A stretch of 64,000 nt of DNA from Candidatus Limnocylindrales bacterium (lineage in GTDB: Bacteria > Chloroflexota > Limnocylindria > Limnocylindrales > CSP1-4): the NCBI GenBank assembly GCA_035699625.1, contig DASSPM010000058.1, positions 3,078 to 67,077 of the forward strand. Reading direction: 5' to 3'. A program made the position numbers and the translations under genes. The notes under the pieces are model-generated. The model was given only the letters and a program-made list of their open reading frames with translations. It was not told where the DNA came from and made no database searches. Positions 19,194 through 27,935 of this stretch are shown in pieces; position 1 is the first letter of the stretch; each line of letters starts with the position of its first letter.

Positions 19194-20384
19194 TTACGCC
19201 CGGGCGGAACGGCCTCTTGCAGCCGTGTTGCGGTTGCGTCTGGCGGTGCGTCGCGACACCAGTCGGAGGATGGCCACGGCCACCCCGGCGATGCCCGCCC
19301 CGAGTGCCTCGCCGAGACGGCCCCGCTCGCCCGGATGTGACCGCACGCGCGGCGCGATGACCGGCGGCGGCTCGCTCGCGGCAACCGCAGGGAGGCTGCC
19401 CCGCAGCAGGTCGCGCTCGACCTGGAGACGCAGTCGGTAGAGCACCTCCCACTCGTCGTAGGCCACGGTCAGAGCGGCCAACGCGCGGTCGATGTCGGCC
19501 AGCTCCGTCTCCACCGCCGCGCCGGTCCCGTCGAGGCGGGCCAGGCCGACGAGGCGCTCGAGGCGCTCCTCGATGGCTTGCGACTCGCGCGTCGTGGTCA
19601 GGTAGGCGGCGCTGAAGGTGAGCCGGCTGGCGATGGCCGCCCGTGCGCGGGCCAGCTCTGCGCGTTTTCCGGCGACGTTGACGTCCGATGGGTAGAGGAG
19701 GACCTCGAGGTTGGGACCGGCGAGCACGATCAGCCGGTCGGGCACGAGGCTGGCGATGCCGCGGCCGGCGACCTTCTCGAGCAGCTTGGAAGGTACCTCC
19801 AGCACGCGCGGTGCGGTGCGCCGCTCGACGGCCAGCCCGGCTTCGTCCAGGGCGCGCTCCACGTCACGCGCGACGCGCTCGTAGCCCCCCGGTCGGATGA
19901 CCACCGGGATGTGTGCGTCCTGCCACCGCCGCGCCAGGCTGCGCAGCTTGAGCGCCGGCGCCACCAGCGCCATGAAGGCGATGGTCAGGGCCAGCACCGC
20001 GGCATACGGATAGCCGCGCAGGACCTGCGCCACCAAGCCCGCGCCGCCGGGCCGCTCGCCTGCGTCGAGCAGGACGATGCTGCCGATGCCGATGAGCGGC
20101 GGCACGAGCAGGACGGCGGCCAGCATGGCCAGCCGGACCCAGGCCTCGGGCACCCAGTCGGGCGCCGGCACGGCAGCCAGCAGGAAGGTGCCCACGTCGG
20201 GCAGGGCGACGCCGACGACCGCCACCAGCCAGGCCAGCGAGCCGAACGAGATGGCCGCCAGGAGCGTCTGCTTCGACTCCGGCACCCGCCCGAAGAGGAG
20301 GATGCTGGCCCAGCCGAGGGCCATCGTCAGAGCGCGCCCGAGGAAGCGGCCGGCGACGGCGAAGAGGGAGGCGAGGATGGCCAT
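19194..20384 (-). CDS. Hypothetical integral membrane protein (4 N-terminal TM helices + about 250-aa soluble domain)
   Basis: Hydrophobic N-terminus. No recognisable motif. Start codon overlaps the TopoIB stop (TGATG). Confidence 0.55.
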   Translation of the reverse strand: MAILASLFAVAGRFLGRALTMALGWASILLFGRVPESKQTLLAAISFGSLAWLVAVVGVALPDVGTFLLAAVPAPDWVPEAWVRLAMLAAVLLVPPLIGIGSIVLLDAGERPGGAGLVAQVLRGYPYAAVLALTIAFMALVAPALKLRSLARRWQDAHIPVVIRPGGYERVARDVERALDEAGLAVERRTAPRVLEVPSKLLEKVAGRGIASLVPDRLIVLAGPNLEVLLYPSDVNVAGKRAELARARAAIASRLTFSAAYLTTTRESQAIEERLERLVGLARLDGTGAAVETELADIDRALAALTVAYDEWEVLYRLRLQVERDLLRGSLPAVAASEPPPVIAPRVRSHPGERGRLGEALGAGIAGVAVAILRLVSRRTARRNRNTAARGRSARA

Positions 20385-21547
20385 CAGGCCGCCCCCGCCG
20401 CGCGCTCGCGCAACGCGAGCCGTTGCTGGAGGAGGGCCAGCACGGCCGTCTCCTCGGCCGAGAGGTCGGTCAGGCCGAGCGCCATCTCACGCTCGGCGCG
20501 CGAGCGCAGGACGCCCGCCAGCTGGCCTTCGAGGTAGGCCTCGATGAGCTCGGGATGGACATAGCAGGAGCGGCACACGGCGGGCGTGTTGCCGAGGTGC
20601 TCCGCCACCTGCTCGATGGCGCGCACCACGTTCCGCTTGCGTGCCGCGTGGTCGTCGACCGCCTCGATCGCCCGCAGTGCCCCGGCAGCGAGCACGGTCC
20701 CCACCCAGGTGCGGAAGTCCTTGGCCGTGAACTCCTCCCCGCTCGCCTCGCGCAGGTAGTCGTTCACGTCGTCCGAGTCGACCGACTGCAGCTGGCCCTC
20801 CTCATCGCGGTACTGGAAGAGCCGTTGGCCCGGCAGCTCCTGGCAGCGCCGCACCAGCGAAGCCAGGCGGCGGTCGCGCAGGTCGACGTCGTACTCCTTG
20901 CCGCTCTTGCCGCGGAAGCGGAAGCGCAGCCGGCTGCCGTCGATGTCAACGTGCTGGCTGCGCATCGTGGTCAGGCCATAGGAGCGGTTCGTGCGCGCGT
21001 ACTCCTCGTTGCCGACGCGGATGAGGGTCAGCTCGAGCAGCCGCACGACCGCTGCCAGCACCTTCTCCCGCGGAAGGCCCGGGCGCGCCAGGTCCGCTTC
21101 GACGCGGGCCCGGATCGCCGGCAGGGCCTGCGCGAAGGCCAGCGTGCGCTCGTACTTGTGCGCGTCGCGCACCGCGCGCCAGCGTGGGTGGTAGCGATAT
21201 TGCTTGCGCCCCTTCGCGTCGCGACCGGTGGCCTGGAGGTGTCCGTTGGCCAGCGGGCAGATCCAGACGTCGCGCCAGGCCGGCGGCACGGCCAGGGACC
21301 GGATGCGGCGCAGCTCGGCCGGGTCGCGCACCGGGCGCCCGTCCGCGTCCCGGTAGCTGAAGCCGCGGCCAGCCCGGATGCGCCGGATGCCGGGCATGCT
21401 GTCGTCCACGTGGCGCAGCCGGGCGGACCGGGCGGCCTCGACCGGATCCGGCGGACCGGCGGCCTCGACCGGGTCCGACGGGCGGGCGGCGACCGCGCGT
21501 GGGCGGCGCTGGTGACCCCGCTCTCGGGGCTGCTTCGCTGGGCTCAT
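20384..21547 (-). CDS. Bacterial type IB DNA topoisomerase (poxvirus-like TopIB)
   Basis: Blocks GRGFSYRD...PPAW..VWIC...GHLQATGRDAKGRKQYRYH and FRFRGKSGKEYDVDL...FTAKDFRTW match the TopIB catalytic domain. The N-terminus carries a PxDPVEAA tandem repeat. The true start may be upstream at 21601 or downstream at the MPGIRR Met. Confidence 0.8.
   Translation of the reverse strand: MSPAKQPRERGHQRRPRAVAARPSDPVEAAGPPDPVEAARSARLRHVDDSMPGIRRIRAGRGFSYRDADGRPVRDPAELRRIRSLAVPPAWRDVWICPLANGHLQATGRDAKGRKQYRYHPRWRAVRDAHKYERTLAFAQALPAIRARVEADLARPGLPREKVLAAVVRLLELTLIRVGNEEYARTNRSYGLTTMRSQHVDIDGSRLRFRFRGKSGKEYDVDLRDRRLASLVRRCQELPGQRLFQYRDEEGQLQSVDSDDVNDYLREASGEEFTAKDFRTWVGTVLAAGALRAIEAVDDHAARKRNVVRAIEQVAEHLGNTPAVCRSCYVHPELIEAYLEGQLAGVLRSRAEREMALGLTDLSAEETAVLALLQQRLALRERAAGAA
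21426..21480. repeat. Two tandem copies of a 27-28-nt unit within the TopoIB N-terminal coding region (encodes PSDPVEAAGP/PDPVEAARSA)
   Basis: ggaccgggcggcctcgaccggatccggc / ggaccggcggcctcgaccgggtccgacg. Confidence 0.7.
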
Positions 21548-21938
21548 CCCGGCGGTCGAGGCTACGGCGCCACGGCACGCGCGACGACACCGCCGGGACA
21601 CCGGCCGCTTGCAGCCGTCTTGCAGCAGGGCGGATGGCGCGATCCGGCCACGCCCCGCCTAACCGTCCCCGGGCCGATGGGACCACGCCCGACTACGACC
21701 GATGGGGGAGGTGGCGGCGTCCGCCGGCTGGCATACTGGCCGCCTCAGCGGACCATCGAGAGAGGCTCCACAACAGAAGAACGCCGCCCCGGCAGACTCT
21801 TGTCACCGCCGGCCGCCCCAGCGCCCGGCCGCCCCGACCCGCCCTCTCCGCGCCCCAGCGCACCGCCCGTGGTCTGCCCGGCGGCCCGTCCTCCGTCGCT
21901 GCGTGCCCCCGGCGCGGCGTCCGGCAGAGAGGAGCACG

Positions 21939-22784
21939 ATGTCGTCGGTCCATCCCAGCGGCGTCCAGAGGGCGTCCTCCGGTCAGCGCAGGCTGGCCCC
22001 GCTCATGGTCGCACTGCTCGCCGCGCTGCTCGCGGTGGGCGGCCTCGCCAGCCAGCCGATGCCCGTCGCGGCCGCCACGGCCAAGGTCGTCATCGTCGTC
22101 GGGCCCACCGGATCGCAGACCGCCAAGTACATCGACAGCGCTCGCCGCCTGGCAGCGCAGGCCCGCGGCTACGGGGCCGCCGTCTACGAGATCTACAGCC
22201 CGAACGCGACCTGGTCGCGCGTGCGTTCCGTGGCGCAGGGCGCCAACCTCTTCATCTACCTCGGCCACGGCAACGGCTGGCCCAGCCCCTACTGCTGCTT
22301 CCAGCCGTACACCAAGGACGGCCTCGGGCTGAACAAGGTCGCCGGAGCCGGCCACTCCAACGTGCGCTACTACGGCGAGTACTACCTGAAGAACTACATC
22401 CGCCTGGCGCCCGACTCCGTGGTCATCCTCAACCGCCTCTGCTACGCCTCCGGCAACTCCGAGTGGGGCACCGCCGACCCGAGCCTGTCCACGGCTCGTA
22501 AGCGGGTCGACAACTACGGCGCCGGCTTCCTGCGCACAGGTGCCCGGGCGGTCTTCGCCGAGGCCATCGCCAGCACCAGCTACGTCCTCTATGGGCTCTT
22601 CCGCACCAGCCGCAGCGTCAGCCAGATCTTCTGGAGCGCGCCGAACGCCAAGCGCACCTATGCCAGCTCCTTCTCGTCGGTGCGCACGCCGGGCAAGCGG
22701 GCGCTGCTGGACCCGACCTACCGCACCAAGTACTGGCGCTCGGTCATCGGCGACCTGGGCATGACCGCCAGCACCTGGCGCTGA
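21939..22784 (+). CDS. Secreted protein with caspase/hemoglobinase-fold (clan CD-like) cysteine peptidase signature
   Basis: Signal peptide (LAPLMVALLAALLAVGGLA). Hydrophobic strand KVVIVVG. His-Gly after a strand (LFIYLGHGNG). Cys after a strand (VVILNRLCYASG). This is the order of the clan CD His/Cys dyad. GAGAGGAGCACG ribosome-binding site before ATG 21939. Confidence 0.45.
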   Translation: MSSVHPSGVQRASSGQRRLAPLMVALLAALLAVGGLASQPMPVAAATAKVVIVVGPTGSQTAKYIDSARRLAAQARGYGAAVYEIYSPNATWSRVRSVAQGANLFIYLGHGNGWPSPYCCFQPYTKDGLGLNKVAGAGHSNVRYYGEYYLKNYIRLAPDSVVILNRLCYASGNSEWGTADPSLSTARKRVDNYGAGFLRTGARAVFAEAIASTSYVLYGLFRTSRSVSQIFWSAPNAKRTYASSFSSVRTPGKRALLDPTYRTKYWRSVIGDLGMTASTWR

Positions 22785-23141
22785 GGGGAGGACCGGGCGC
22801 CGCGGCCAGGGCGACGGACTCCCCGAGCGCACCCCGAAGAGCGCGCGGGGCGGTCCTCCCGGGAGGCGGCCGCGCCCCACCGACGTGGCCCGACCGTCGA
22901 AATCGGGCTGGAAGATCGCATCGAACGCTCCGTTCGACTGGGTCCGTGGCGGTGCTGTCGCCGTTGGCTCGTTCAACGCGACACGGACAGGGCGGGGAGG
23001 CCCCGGATGGCTCGGAGGCCGTGCCCCGGTGACGTTCGCCACGAACCTGTAGCGCGCCGGCCGGGGCGCCGGCCGCGCCTGCAAGCGCCTCGGGCGGATA
23101 GTGCGGCTCGTCCACCCCCGCGTACCGGAGCCTGCCTGCGC

Positions 23142-24281
23142 ATGAGCGTCGCCCCGTCGGATCGGTCCGCGCCCCCCGTCCCGCCCGAAGCCCCGGGCGC
23201 GTCTCCCAGCTCGCGCAGAGCCCCCGACGGCGCACCCGATGCAGCCTCCGCGACGCCGATGCCGGCCGATGCCAGCGCGCCCGATGCCAGCGCCCCGGTC
23301 GTCGTCCGGCAGGCCACGCGTCGCTTCGGCGACCTGACGGCCGTGGCCGACCTCACGCTGGAGGTCCCGGCGGGCACCATCCTGGGGCTCATCGGCCCCA
23401 GCGGATCGGGCAAGACGACCACGCTGCGCCTGCTCACCGGGGCGCTCGCGCCCGACAGCGGCAGCGTCCGCGTGCTGGGCGAGGACCCGCGCCGATTCCG
23501 CCGCCGCACGCGCGAGCGTATCGGCTACTCACCGCAGCAGTTCGTGCTCTACCCGGACCTCACGGCAGGCGAGAACATCGACTTCGTGGCCGCGCTCTTC
23601 GGCATGCTCCTGGTGCGCCGGCGGGCTCGCGTGCGCAAGGTACTCCGGCTGCTCGACCTATGGGACGCCAGGGGGCGCCGCGCGTCGCAGCTTTCGGGTG
23701 GCATGCAGCGTCGCCTCGAGCTGGCCTGCGCCCTGGTCCACGAACCCGACCTGCTCTTCCTGGACGAGCCCACCGCCGGCATCGACCCGCTGCTGCGGCA
23801 GACCATCTGGGACGAGCTGCGGCGCCTGCGCGACGATGGCCGCACGCTCCTGGTGACCACGCAGTACGTGACCGAGGCCGAGTACTGCGACGAGGTGGCG
23901 CTCGTCTCGGAGGGCCAGCTCATCGCCCACGGCACGCCGGACGAGCTGCGCCGTCACGCGCTCGGCGGCGAGGTCATCGAGATCGACACCGAGCGCGCCT
24001 TCGACGCCGACTCACTGCCGCCCATCGAGGGCGTGCGTGAGGTGCGTCAGCACGGCGCGCGCGACCTGCTGGTCATCGCCGAGGACGCCGGCGCGGCGAC
24101 GCCGCGGGTGGCCGACGCCATCGAGGCCGCCGGGGGCGCCGTCGTCGCCAGCCGCGAGTACCGCCCCACATTCGACGAGGTCTTCGCCGAACTCGTCGCC
24201 AGGCACCGCGCGGAGACCGGCAGGAAGGGCTCGGCCGAGGGGCCCATCAGCGCCCATGAGGCAGGCAAGGCTGGCCGATGA
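23142..24281 (+). CDS. ABC transporter ATP-binding protein (ABC-2/DrrA-like) with low-complexity N-terminal extension
   Basis: Walker A GPSGSGKTT. Signature LSGGMQRRLELA. Walker B LLFLDEPTAGID. Alternative start at 23259. Confidence 0.85.
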   Translation: MSVAPSDRSAPPVPPEAPGASPSSRRAPDGAPDAASATPMPADASAPDASAPVVVRQATRRFGDLTAVADLTLEVPAGTILGLIGPSGSGKTTTLRLLTGALAPDSGSVRVLGEDPRRFRRRTRERIGYSPQQFVLYPDLTAGENIDFVAALFGMLLVRRRARVRKVLRLLDLWDARGRRASQLSGGMQRRLELACALVHEPDLLFLDEPTAGIDPLLRQTIWDELRRLRDDGRTLLVTTQYVTEAEYCDEVALVSEGQLIAHGTPDELRRHALGGEVIEIDTERAFDADSLPPIEGVREVRQHGARDLLVIAEDAGAATPRVADAIEAAGGAVVASREYRPTFDEVFAELVARHRAETGRKGSAEGPISAHEAGKAGR

Positions 24282-25474
24282 GCGGGCTGCTGAAGAGCTT
24301 CACCCGGGTCAGCTCCTTCGTGGCCAAGGAGCTGATCGAGGTGGTGCGCCGGCCGGGTGCCTTCGTCAGCCTCATCCTCGGGCCGTTCCTGGTGATGGCC
24401 ATCTTCGGAGCGGGCTACACCGGCACGCGCCGGCCCATGGAGACGGTCGTCGTCATCCCCGAGGGATCGTCGCTCTCGCGCGAGGCCGCCGAATACGAGA
24501 AGGTTGCCGGCCCCACCATCCGCATCGTGGAGGTGACGAGCGACCTCGCCTCCGCCGAGGACCGCCTGCGGCGCCAGCAGATCGACCTGGTGGTCGTGGC
24601 GCCGCCGGACGTGGAACAGGCCCTGCGCGAGGGACGCCAGTCGCAGCTCGAGGTGCGCTACAACCAGGTCGACCCGGTACTCACCTCCTACGCTTCGTTC
24701 CTCGCCTATCGCCTCAGCCAGGAGGTCAACGCGGAGATCCTGCGGCGGGCCGTCGAGGAGGGCCAGCGTTACGCCGTGAAGCTGGCCGGGCAGCCGGAGG
24801 CGGCGCAGATCCCGCCCGACCTGGTGGCACGGCCGACGACCGTCGAGACGGTCAACATCTCGCCCACGCCGGCCGCCGTCCTGCCCTTCTTCGCGCCCGC
24901 CGTGGTCGCCCTCATCATCCAGCACATGGCGGTCACGCTGACCGCGCTGTCCCTGGTACGCGAGCGCCTCAGCGGCGCCTTCGAGCTCTTCCGCGTGGCA
25001 CCCGTCTCGGTGCGCGAGATCCTGGTCGGCAAGTACCTCGGTTTCGGCCTGCTCACCGGACTCGTCGCCGGTGCGCTGCTGGCGCTGCTGATGGGCGTCT
25101 TCGGGGTGCCCCTACTGGGCGACCCGCTGCTCCTCCTGGCGGCCGCGGCGCTGCTCACCTTCACCTCGCTGGGACTGGGCCTGCTCATCTCGGTCGTCGC
25201 CGACTCCGAGCGGCAGGCGGTGCAGCTGTCGCTGCTGGTGCTGCTCGCCTCGGTCTTCTTCAGCGGTCTGGTGCTGCCCATCGAGGAGTTCGCGGTGCCC
25301 GTGCGTGCGGCCAGCCACCTGCTGCCGGTCACCAACGGCATCCGCCTCTTCCAGGACGTGATGCTGATGGGCGTCACCTACCGGCCGTACCACCTGCTGG
25401 TGCTGGCGCTCGTGGGTCTGGCGCTCTTCGTCATCACGGCCCTCCAGCTCCGCCGCAGCATGGCGCGCGGCTGA
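24278..25474 (+). CDS. ABC-2 type transporter permease
   Basis: Six predicted TM helices. Start overlaps the upstream ATPase stop (ATGA). Confidence 0.8.
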   Translation: MSGLLKSFTRVSSFVAKELIEVVRRPGAFVSLILGPFLVMAIFGAGYTGTRRPMETVVVIPEGSSLSREAAEYEKVAGPTIRIVEVTSDLASAEDRLRRQQIDLVVVAPPDVEQALREGRQSQLEVRYNQVDPVLTSYASFLAYRLSQEVNAEILRRAVEEGQRYAVKLAGQPEAAQIPPDLVARPTTVETVNISPTPAAVLPFFAPAVVALIIQHMAVTLTALSLVRERLSGAFELFRVAPVSVREILVGKYLGFGLLTGLVAGALLALLMGVFGVPLLGDPLLLLAAAALLTFTSLGLGLLISVVADSERQAVQLSLLVLLASVFFSGLVLPIEEFAVPVRAASHLLPVTNGIRLFQDVMLMGVTYRPYHLLVLALVGLALFVITALQLRRSMARG

Positions 25475-25479
25475 ACGCG

Positions 25480-26163
25480 GTGGCGACCGAGGCCGCTCAG
25501 CCTGCGCCGCGCTGGACACGGCCGGTGGCAGTCCTCCTCATCGCCTACGGCCTGCTCGGCCTGGTCATCCTGACGCTGGCGGGACTCGCGGCCGGGCGTC
25601 CCCTGGAGGAGGTCGACCGGCTCACCGTCGCGCTCGGCGAGCAGCGGACCGCGCTGCTCGCGACGCTGCGCGACACGTCCACAGCGCTGGGCGATGCTGC
25701 CGCCACGGTGCGCGACTTCGACGGCAGTCTCGCCCAGGCGCGCGTCTCGGCGGGGCGCGCTGCGGACCTCACGCGCGACGTCTCGACGACGATGGCCGAA
25801 CTGTCCCGGGCGGCGAACGTCGAGCTCTTCGGCTCGCGGCCGCTGGCCGCACTGGCGGACGGTTTCGGGCGAGCCTCCGAGCAGCTGACCGCCCTCGGTG
25901 CCGATCTCGACACGATGCGCGGGGCATTGGAACGCAACGGCGACGACCTGCGGCGCACCTCGGGCGGCCTCGAGGCCGTGCGCGCAGACATCGACCGGCT
26001 GGCCGCAGCCGTGGAGGGCCCGGCCGGCGTGGATCTGGGTGCGGCTGGCGTGACGGGGCTGCGGGTGGGCCTCTTCGCACTCGGCGCATGGCTGGCCGGA
26101 CTGGCCGTGGCCAGCCTGGTCGCCGGCGTGGCGCTCTGGCGCTGGGGCTCGCGGCCCGCCTGA
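25480..26163 (+). CDS. Membrane protein with long Ala/Leu-rich coiled-coil ectodomain (possible accessory component of the ABC-2 exporter)
   Basis: GTG start 6 nt after the permease stop. N-terminal TM (VAVLLIAYGLLGLVILTLAGL) and a C-terminal TM. No ATG in frame, so the start is uncertain. Confidence 0.4.
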   Translation: MATEAAQPAPRWTRPVAVLLIAYGLLGLVILTLAGLAAGRPLEEVDRLTVALGEQRTALLATLRDTSTALGDAAATVRDFDGSLAQARVSAGRAADLTRDVSTTMAELSRAANVELFGSRPLAALADGFGRASEQLTALGADLDTMRGALERNGDDLRRTSGGLEAVRADIDRLAAAVEGPAGVDLGAAGVTGLRVGLFALGAWLAGLAVASLVAGVALWRWGSRPA

Positions 26164-26199
26164 GGCGGGCGGGGGATCAGGCGTGGCGAGCGCCGCGGT

Positions 26200-27150
26200 T
26201 CAGGCCGCCGAGCGCCGCCGTGATGCCTCCGTGCGGCGCCCCTTCGTCCTGGCCGAGCCGTGTTCGGCCGACCCGCGGCCAGCCGACCCGGGGTTGGCCT
26301 TCGTCGCCCTGGTCGACCCGCCCCCGCTCGACGCGGCCTTCGCGCTCGTGCCCTTCGATCGCGCCCGCTTCGGCCGCTCCTTCGCGCTGCGCAGGCTGGC
26401 CTCCAGGGCGGCCATCAGGTCGACCACCTTCGGCTCGGGCTTGCGGCGCTTGGCCGCCGCGGCCTCGCCGCGCACGCGCCGCTCGACGAGTTCTTGCAGG
26501 GCGACGCGATAGCGATCCTCGTAGCGCTCGGGGTCGAAGCGCGAGGAGAGGCTCTCCACGAGCGAGCGGGCCATCTCGAGTTCCCTGGCTGCCACCCTGG
26601 CCTCGGACTGGTCGGGCAGGTCGAGCTGGCGCGTGGAGCGGATCTCGTCGGGCCAGTGCATCGTCTCGAGCACGAGCGTCTCGTCGTAGACGCGCAGCGT
26701 GGCCAACCGCTCGCGGCTGCGCAGCACGACGCGCGCCACCGCCACCCGGCCCGTTTCGGCCAAGGCCCGTCGCAGCAGGCTGAAGGGCTTGACCCCGGTC
26801 TCCTGCGGTTCGAGGTAGTAGGCCTTCTCGTAGTAGATGGGATCGATCTCTTCGAGCTCGACGAAGTCGCCGATCTCGATGGTGCTGCTGGCCTCCGGCT
26901 GGCGGGCCTCGATCTCACGCGGCTCGACGACCACGTACTCGTCCTTGCCCACCTCGTAGCCGCGCACCAGCTCGTCCCACTCGACCTCCCGGTCCTCGGC
27001 GCTGCAGAAGCGCTTCTCGACGATGGGCGCGTGGTCCGTCTTGTGGAGGAGCCGGAAGCGCACCTCCTTCTGCTGTTCGACCGCCCCGTAGAGCTTCACG
27101 GGGATGGTCACCATGCCGAAGGTGATGGCGCCCTTCCAGATGGCACGCAC
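26200..27150 (-). CDS. ku: Ku protein (NHEJ DNA end-binding) with Lys/Arg-rich C-terminal tail
   Basis: MRAIWKGAITFGMVTIPVKLYGAVE...: canonical bacterial Ku N-terminus. Basic C-terminal extension. Confidence 0.92.
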   Translation of the reverse strand: MRAIWKGAITFGMVTIPVKLYGAVEQQKEVRFRLLHKTDHAPIVEKRFCSAEDREVEWDELVRGYEVGKDEYVVVEPREIEARQPEASSTIEIGDFVELEEIDPIYYEKAYYLEPQETGVKPFSLLRRALAETGRVAVARVVLRSRERLATLRVYDETLVLETMHWPDEIRSTRQLDLPDQSEARVAARELEMARSLVESLSSRFDPERYEDRYRVALQELVERRVRGEAAAAKRRKPEPKVVDLMAALEASLRSAKERPKRARSKGTSAKAASSGGGSTRATKANPGSAGRGSAEHGSARTKGRRTEASRRRSAA

Positions 27151-27188
27151 GGCGCGCTCCCGACTCGACCGGCTCGACTCGTGCCCGC

Positions 27189-27788
27189 CTAGCTGCCGCT
27201 GCTGGCGCCGGCGAACGACTCGTGCTCGGCCCCCTCGGCGTCGGTCACGCGCAGCAGGTTGCTCACCTCCCGCACGCCGCCGATGCGCCGCGTGCGCGCC
27301 TCGATGTCGCGCACCATGGCCTCGTCGTCGACGCTGCCTCGCAGCACGACCACGCCCGACTCGGCGTTGATGTTGATGCGGCCCTTCGGGATGGACTGGT
27401 CACGGAAGAGCTCGCTCTCGACCCTGTGCGCCAGCGCGACGTCGTCGACCGGCTCCGAGCCGCCGCCCATGTGACCGACGCGCTGCGTCATGCCCCAGGC
27501 GCCCGCGACGACCCGCCTGCGCGTGCGCTCCGCCTCGCGGCCGGCGCGCCGCGCCATGCCCGCCAGCCGGTCGCGGGTGACGGCCCGGCGACCGCGACCG
27601 CGATCGGGATCCGCGAAGTAGGTAGCCAGCGCCGTCAGCCCACTGGCGGCGGCTGCGGCGACGGCCGCCCCCAGCCAGCGCGAGCGGGGCCGTGACTGAC
27701 CCGTGACGCCGCTCACGCTGCGCGCGGCGTCATCGATCGGCTGGCGCAGGCGCGCCGGGATGCCCTTGCGGGAACGCTTGAAGAACAT
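27189..27788 (-). CDS. BON domain-containing protein (OsmY-like)
   Basis: The C-terminal half (VESELFRDQSIPKGRININAESGVVVLRGSVDDEAMVRDIEARTRRIGGVREVSN) is a BON domain. N-terminal TM. AGGAGGG ribosome-binding site before ATG 27788. Confidence 0.65.
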   Translation of the reverse strand: MFFKRSRKGIPARLRQPIDDAARSVSGVTGQSRPRSRWLGAAVAAAAASGLTALATYFADPDRGRGRRAVTRDRLAGMARRAGREAERTRRRVVAGAWGMTQRVGHMGGGSEPVDDVALAHRVESELFRDQSIPKGRININAESGVVVLRGSVDDEAMVRDIEARTRRIGGVREVSNLLRVTDAEGAEHESFAGASSGS

Positions 27789-27935
27789 GGTCCCTCCTCG
27801 TGTGCGTGCGTACGCGTTCGTGTCGTGCCGCCATCGTGGCAGCGCACCCGTGTCGGCGACCCGCCGCCCGCGACGACGGGGCCTTGCAGGGGCCTTTCGT
27901 TCCACCCTCGCGCAAGGCGGTGCTAGGCTGGCGTC

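Noticed and set aside
23007-23141. Earlier start of the ABC ATPase at 23007
   Set aside because: The upstream translation is Arg/Pro-rich without features. ATG 23142 has a GGAG ribosome-binding site. 23259 remains an alternative.
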